Sequence record: OL631481.1
Strand: one strand, 5' to 3'
Length of the DNA: 64,000 nt
Source: Escherichia phage ECML-183-2
The notes below the pieces were generated by a model that saw only the letters and a list, made by a program, of their open reading frames with translations, did not search any database and had not been told where the DNA came from. Below are positions 61,222 to 64,000 of this stretch, piece after piece. A program made the translations under genes and the position numbers. Numbering within the stretch: position 1 is the first letter of the stretch; the number at the start of each line of letters is the position of its first letter.

Positions 61222-62579
61222 ATGTATATGCACATAAGCAAGATTTGGTAACAGCGGCAAACAATCGGGGCTTGTTCGATAGGCTTTGCAAAGCTATTGA
61301 GATTGCATATGGTTGGACTAAAGAGACAGATCCTAAACTTACAGGACAATATGCTCTTTTACACGGTTGCACAAATTTTCCATACATCTGTCACACAGTC
61401 GGGACCGATGAATTTTCTGGAGAGCCGACAATAGGAGATAATGAACTACGTTTTACAGGAGATGCAATGCTAGATTTAATTTTTAAGAAAACTAAAATGC
61501 TAAAAATTGAAGATGTTTACACAGACACTAGTAACCTTTCTGAAGAAGAAATTGGAGAAATGATTACTACTTTCAATAATACAACAGGGAAGAGTTTTTG
61601 GACTAAAAGCGATGCTTCCCGTCTTAAACGAGTAGACCCTGCTATTCCAGAAGACGGTAAGAAGTATCGAAAAGTTATCTTTTACGATAAAATGGCAGGT
61701 CTGGATGCTCTACATCTTGAGTGTGGAAGCCTTGTGCCTCCGGCTGTTAGAGAACATGAATTTGCAGTTGAGGTTGAAGCACAGGAGTTTAAAGATATGT
61801 TTTATACTAAGCATGTAAGAAAAGTGGAAGATGTGGAACAACAAAAAGAGACTTTTGAACCAGAAGACACAGAGCCTACCTATATTCCTAATACAGGTGT
61901 TATGCCTTCAGAAGATTTCGTGCAGGTTCGCTTCAACAACGGTAAAACAGAGGTTGCTAAGGGGACAGTATTCAACTGGAGTGTTGACAATAATCACGAT
62001 CTGGAAGAATGGGCGATTAAAGAATACTTCATTCTCCCGCGCACGGCAAAATACAACTATCATAATGGTGGACACCGCCCTTGTGGTGGTCACGTAGAAG
62101 TTCTCTTCCGTGACGGAACTACGGATAGTGGATCGGCTACGCATTTCACTTGGGGTCATCATGAACAGGATCGGGATATTGTTGGTTGGCTTCCAACTAA
62201 CAACCCTAAACCACGTTACCGCAAGCGTCGTCAGAAGCCGCCAGTAGGTAAGAAGAGTGTCGTTCGTGTCCTCTACACTACACAACAGACCTACACATTT
62301 AAAAATGTGGTAGACGTGCAAGTGACTGAGGAGCGAGTTTATATCCAATATGATCGTGAAGTTACAGAGGGTATCAAAGAATCGGTTACTACCGAAATTG
62401 AAAATAAGCTTGTTATGGCGATCATTGTGGAAGAAAGTAAAGTAGAGAACGGTAAAGCCTACACTGTTCGTGATAGCTTCTTGCGTAATATCGATGGAAC
62501 TTGGGATTATAATGGACATGATGGGACCGCTGTAAAGAACGGTAAGATTATGGGAAGACAATTCCTCTCCAAACGATAA
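61218..62579 (+). CDS. hypothetical protein (453 aa)
   Basis: ORF track; no confident motif. Confidence 0.5.
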   Translation: MNVYAHKQDLVTAANNRGLFDRLCKAIEIAYGWTKETDPKLTGQYALLHGCTNFPYICHTVGTDEFSGEPTIGDNELRFTGDAMLDLIFKKTKMLKIEDVYTDTSNLSEEEIGEMITTFNNTTGKSFWTKSDASRLKRVDPAIPEDGKKYRKVIFYDKMAGLDALHLECGSLVPPAVREHEFAVEVEAQEFKDMFYTKHVRKVEDVEQQKETFEPEDTEPTYIPNTGVMPSEDFVQVRFNNGKTEVAKGTVFNWSVDNNHDLEEWAIKEYFILPRTAKYNYHNGGHRPCGGHVEVLFRDGTTDSGSATHFTWGHHEQDRDIVGWLPTNNPKPRYRKRRQKPPVGKKSVVRVLYTTQQTYTFKNVVDVQVTEERVYIQYDREVTEGIKESVTTEIENKLVMAIIVEESKVENGKAYTVRDSFLRNIDGTWDYNGHDGTAVKNGKIMGRQFLSKR

Positions 62580-62680
62580 AACTTAAAGGCGCACTTTGCG
62601 CCTTTTTTTGATTTTACTCAAAGCTTTTTTCGGTTGGAAGAGGTAGAATAATAGTTCTACTCACAAAATAAGGATTAATA

Positions 62681-64000
62681 ATGAAAGATTTGTACCAAGA
62701 TGTTTTTTCTTTTTTAGATCGTACTTCAGAAACATACACTAGAGAGAATGCAAACAAACCTTCCCACCTCGTTAACACGCATAGGGATCTCTTGGCGGGG
62801 ATTTTAAGCAAACATATGGCAATGACACAGATACTGCCAAAAAACTTGTCAGAGTGGCATACAGAAGGTTTTGGACATATTCACGACTTGGATTATCTAC
62901 TCTCTCCTCTTACAAACTGTTGTCTTGTTAATTATCAAGATATGTTAGAGAATGGTTTTAAGATCGGAGCCGCACAGATAGAAAAACCAAAATCTATTGG
63001 GGTAGCTACCACAGTACTAACTCAAATTATCCAAGCTGTTGCCTCCAGTCAGTATGGAGGTCAGACGTGTGCGCACATTGATAAAGGTCTTAGTCCTTAT
63101 GTTGAAGCTAGTTTCCTTAAAAACATGGAGATAACCAAACGTCGCTACGGTTGTTATGCAAGGAAAGAAGCCCTAGAAATGACCGAACAAGATGTATATG
63201 ATGCTATGCAAACTCTCTTGTATCAGGTTAATACTTTAATGAGTGTTAATGGACAATCTCCTTTTATTACAATCAGTATGGGTCTGGATACCTCTGTTTT
63301 TGGCAGAATGATCACAGCTAACTATCTTAAAGTGCATAGTAACGGTCTAGGCAAAGATCATGTAACACCTGTATTCCCTAAAGTTATTTTCTTTTTACAA
63401 GAAGGTGTTAACATGAAACCTAGTGATCCTAATTATGACCTTAAGCAACAAGCTTTGGCATGTTGTGCTGATCGTATTTATCCAGATTTTATTTCTGTTC
63501 CTTTGAACAAAGAAGTTACGGGATCAGCAGATGGTACTGTTACGAGTATGGGTTGTCGTTCCTTTTTGTCGTACTATGCCACCGAACAAGGAGAAAAATA
63601 TGATGGACGATTCAACCTTGGAGTAGTTTCTATCAATTTACCTCTGATGGCTGCGGAAGCGAGAAGTAAAGGAGAATCTTTCACCGACCTCCTTAATAAA
63701 CATATGGAGATAGCCTACGATGCTCACATGTTACGTGTAAACCGTATTAGGCATACCAAAGCATCTGAAAACCCTATTCTTTTCATGGAAGGGGCTTTAG
63801 CGCGTTTAAATGCCAATGATGAAATTGGTGTTTTGTTTGAAGGTGGTTATGCTTCTATTAGTATTGGTTATGTAGGTCTTGCCGAAGCTTTGGAAATCCT
63901 TTATCCAGAAGAAAAAGATAAAAAGGAACTTGGTAAAAGCATTCTGCAACATATGAAAGATGTGTGTGCTGTGTTTAAAGAACGATCTAATTTGGCGTTT
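62681..64000 (+). CDS. nrdD: anaerobic ribonucleotide reductase class III large subunit (5' partial, runs off window)
   Basis: Open frame from ATG 62681 to window end (440 codons, no stop); colinear with T4 NrdD (RDLLAGI, HIHDLDY, NCCLV, PKSIGVAT, MGCRSFLS). Confidence 0.85.
   Translation, partial: MKDLYQDVFSFLDRTSETYTRENANKPSHLVNTHRDLLAGILSKHMAMTQILPKNLSEWHTEGFGHIHDLDYLLSPLTNCCLVNYQDMLENGFKIGAAQIEKPKSIGVATTVLTQIIQAVASSQYGGQTCAHIDKGLSPYVEASFLKNMEITKRRYGCYARKEALEMTEQDVYDAMQTLLYQVNTLMSVNGQSPFITISMGLDTSVFGRMITANYLKVHSNGLGKDHVTPVFPKVIFFLQEGVNMKPSDPNYDLKQQALACCADRIYPDFISVPLNKEVTGSADGTVTSMGCRSFLSYYATEQGEKYDGRFNLGVVSINLPLMAAEARSKGESFTDLLNKHMEIAYDAHMLRVNRIRHTKASENPILFMEGALARLNANDEIGVLFEGGYASISIGYVGLAEALEILYPEEKDKKELGKSILQHMKDVCAVFKERSNLAF

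Overview
This window reads as a 64-kb stretch of a T4-like lytic myovirus genome, covering an early/nucleotide-metabolism region bounded by nrdB (left) and a 5'-partial nrdD (right, runs off the window). All calls are from reading the sequence and ORF track by eye; no searches were run, so family assignments are motif-level and coordinates for non-track features are hand-derived (about +/-2 bp). There are three transcription blocks: plus 1-17.5 kb, minus 17.5-53.3 kb, plus 53.4-64 kb. Confident genes include nrdB, rmlC, rmlD, an NrdC-like glutaredoxin, T4-type lysozyme, phoH, a lambda-type Ser/Thr phosphatase, a Sir2-like protein, a serine recombinase, a NADAR-domain protein, an AAA+ ATPase and a UvrD-like helicase. 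The most striking structure is a ~10-kb array (36.6-46.2 kb) in which 23 small minus-strand genes each sit behind a near-consensus sigma70 promoter plus a covarying GC hairpin; this resembles the promoter-early-stem-loop (PeSL) cassettes reported for T4-type phages, and the cargo genes are unassigned. The array is flanked by two gene-free regions carrying Fur-box-like palindromes, dense inverted repeats and direct repeats. Other points worth follow-up are several paralogous small-protein families, three candidate NAD/ADP-ribose counter-defence genes (Sir2-like, NADAR, DUF2829/Tad2-like), and two homopolymer-tract frameshifts. I cannot say from sequence alone which, if any, of these is undescribed. 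No tRNA, rRNA, CRISPR array or integrase/att structure was found.
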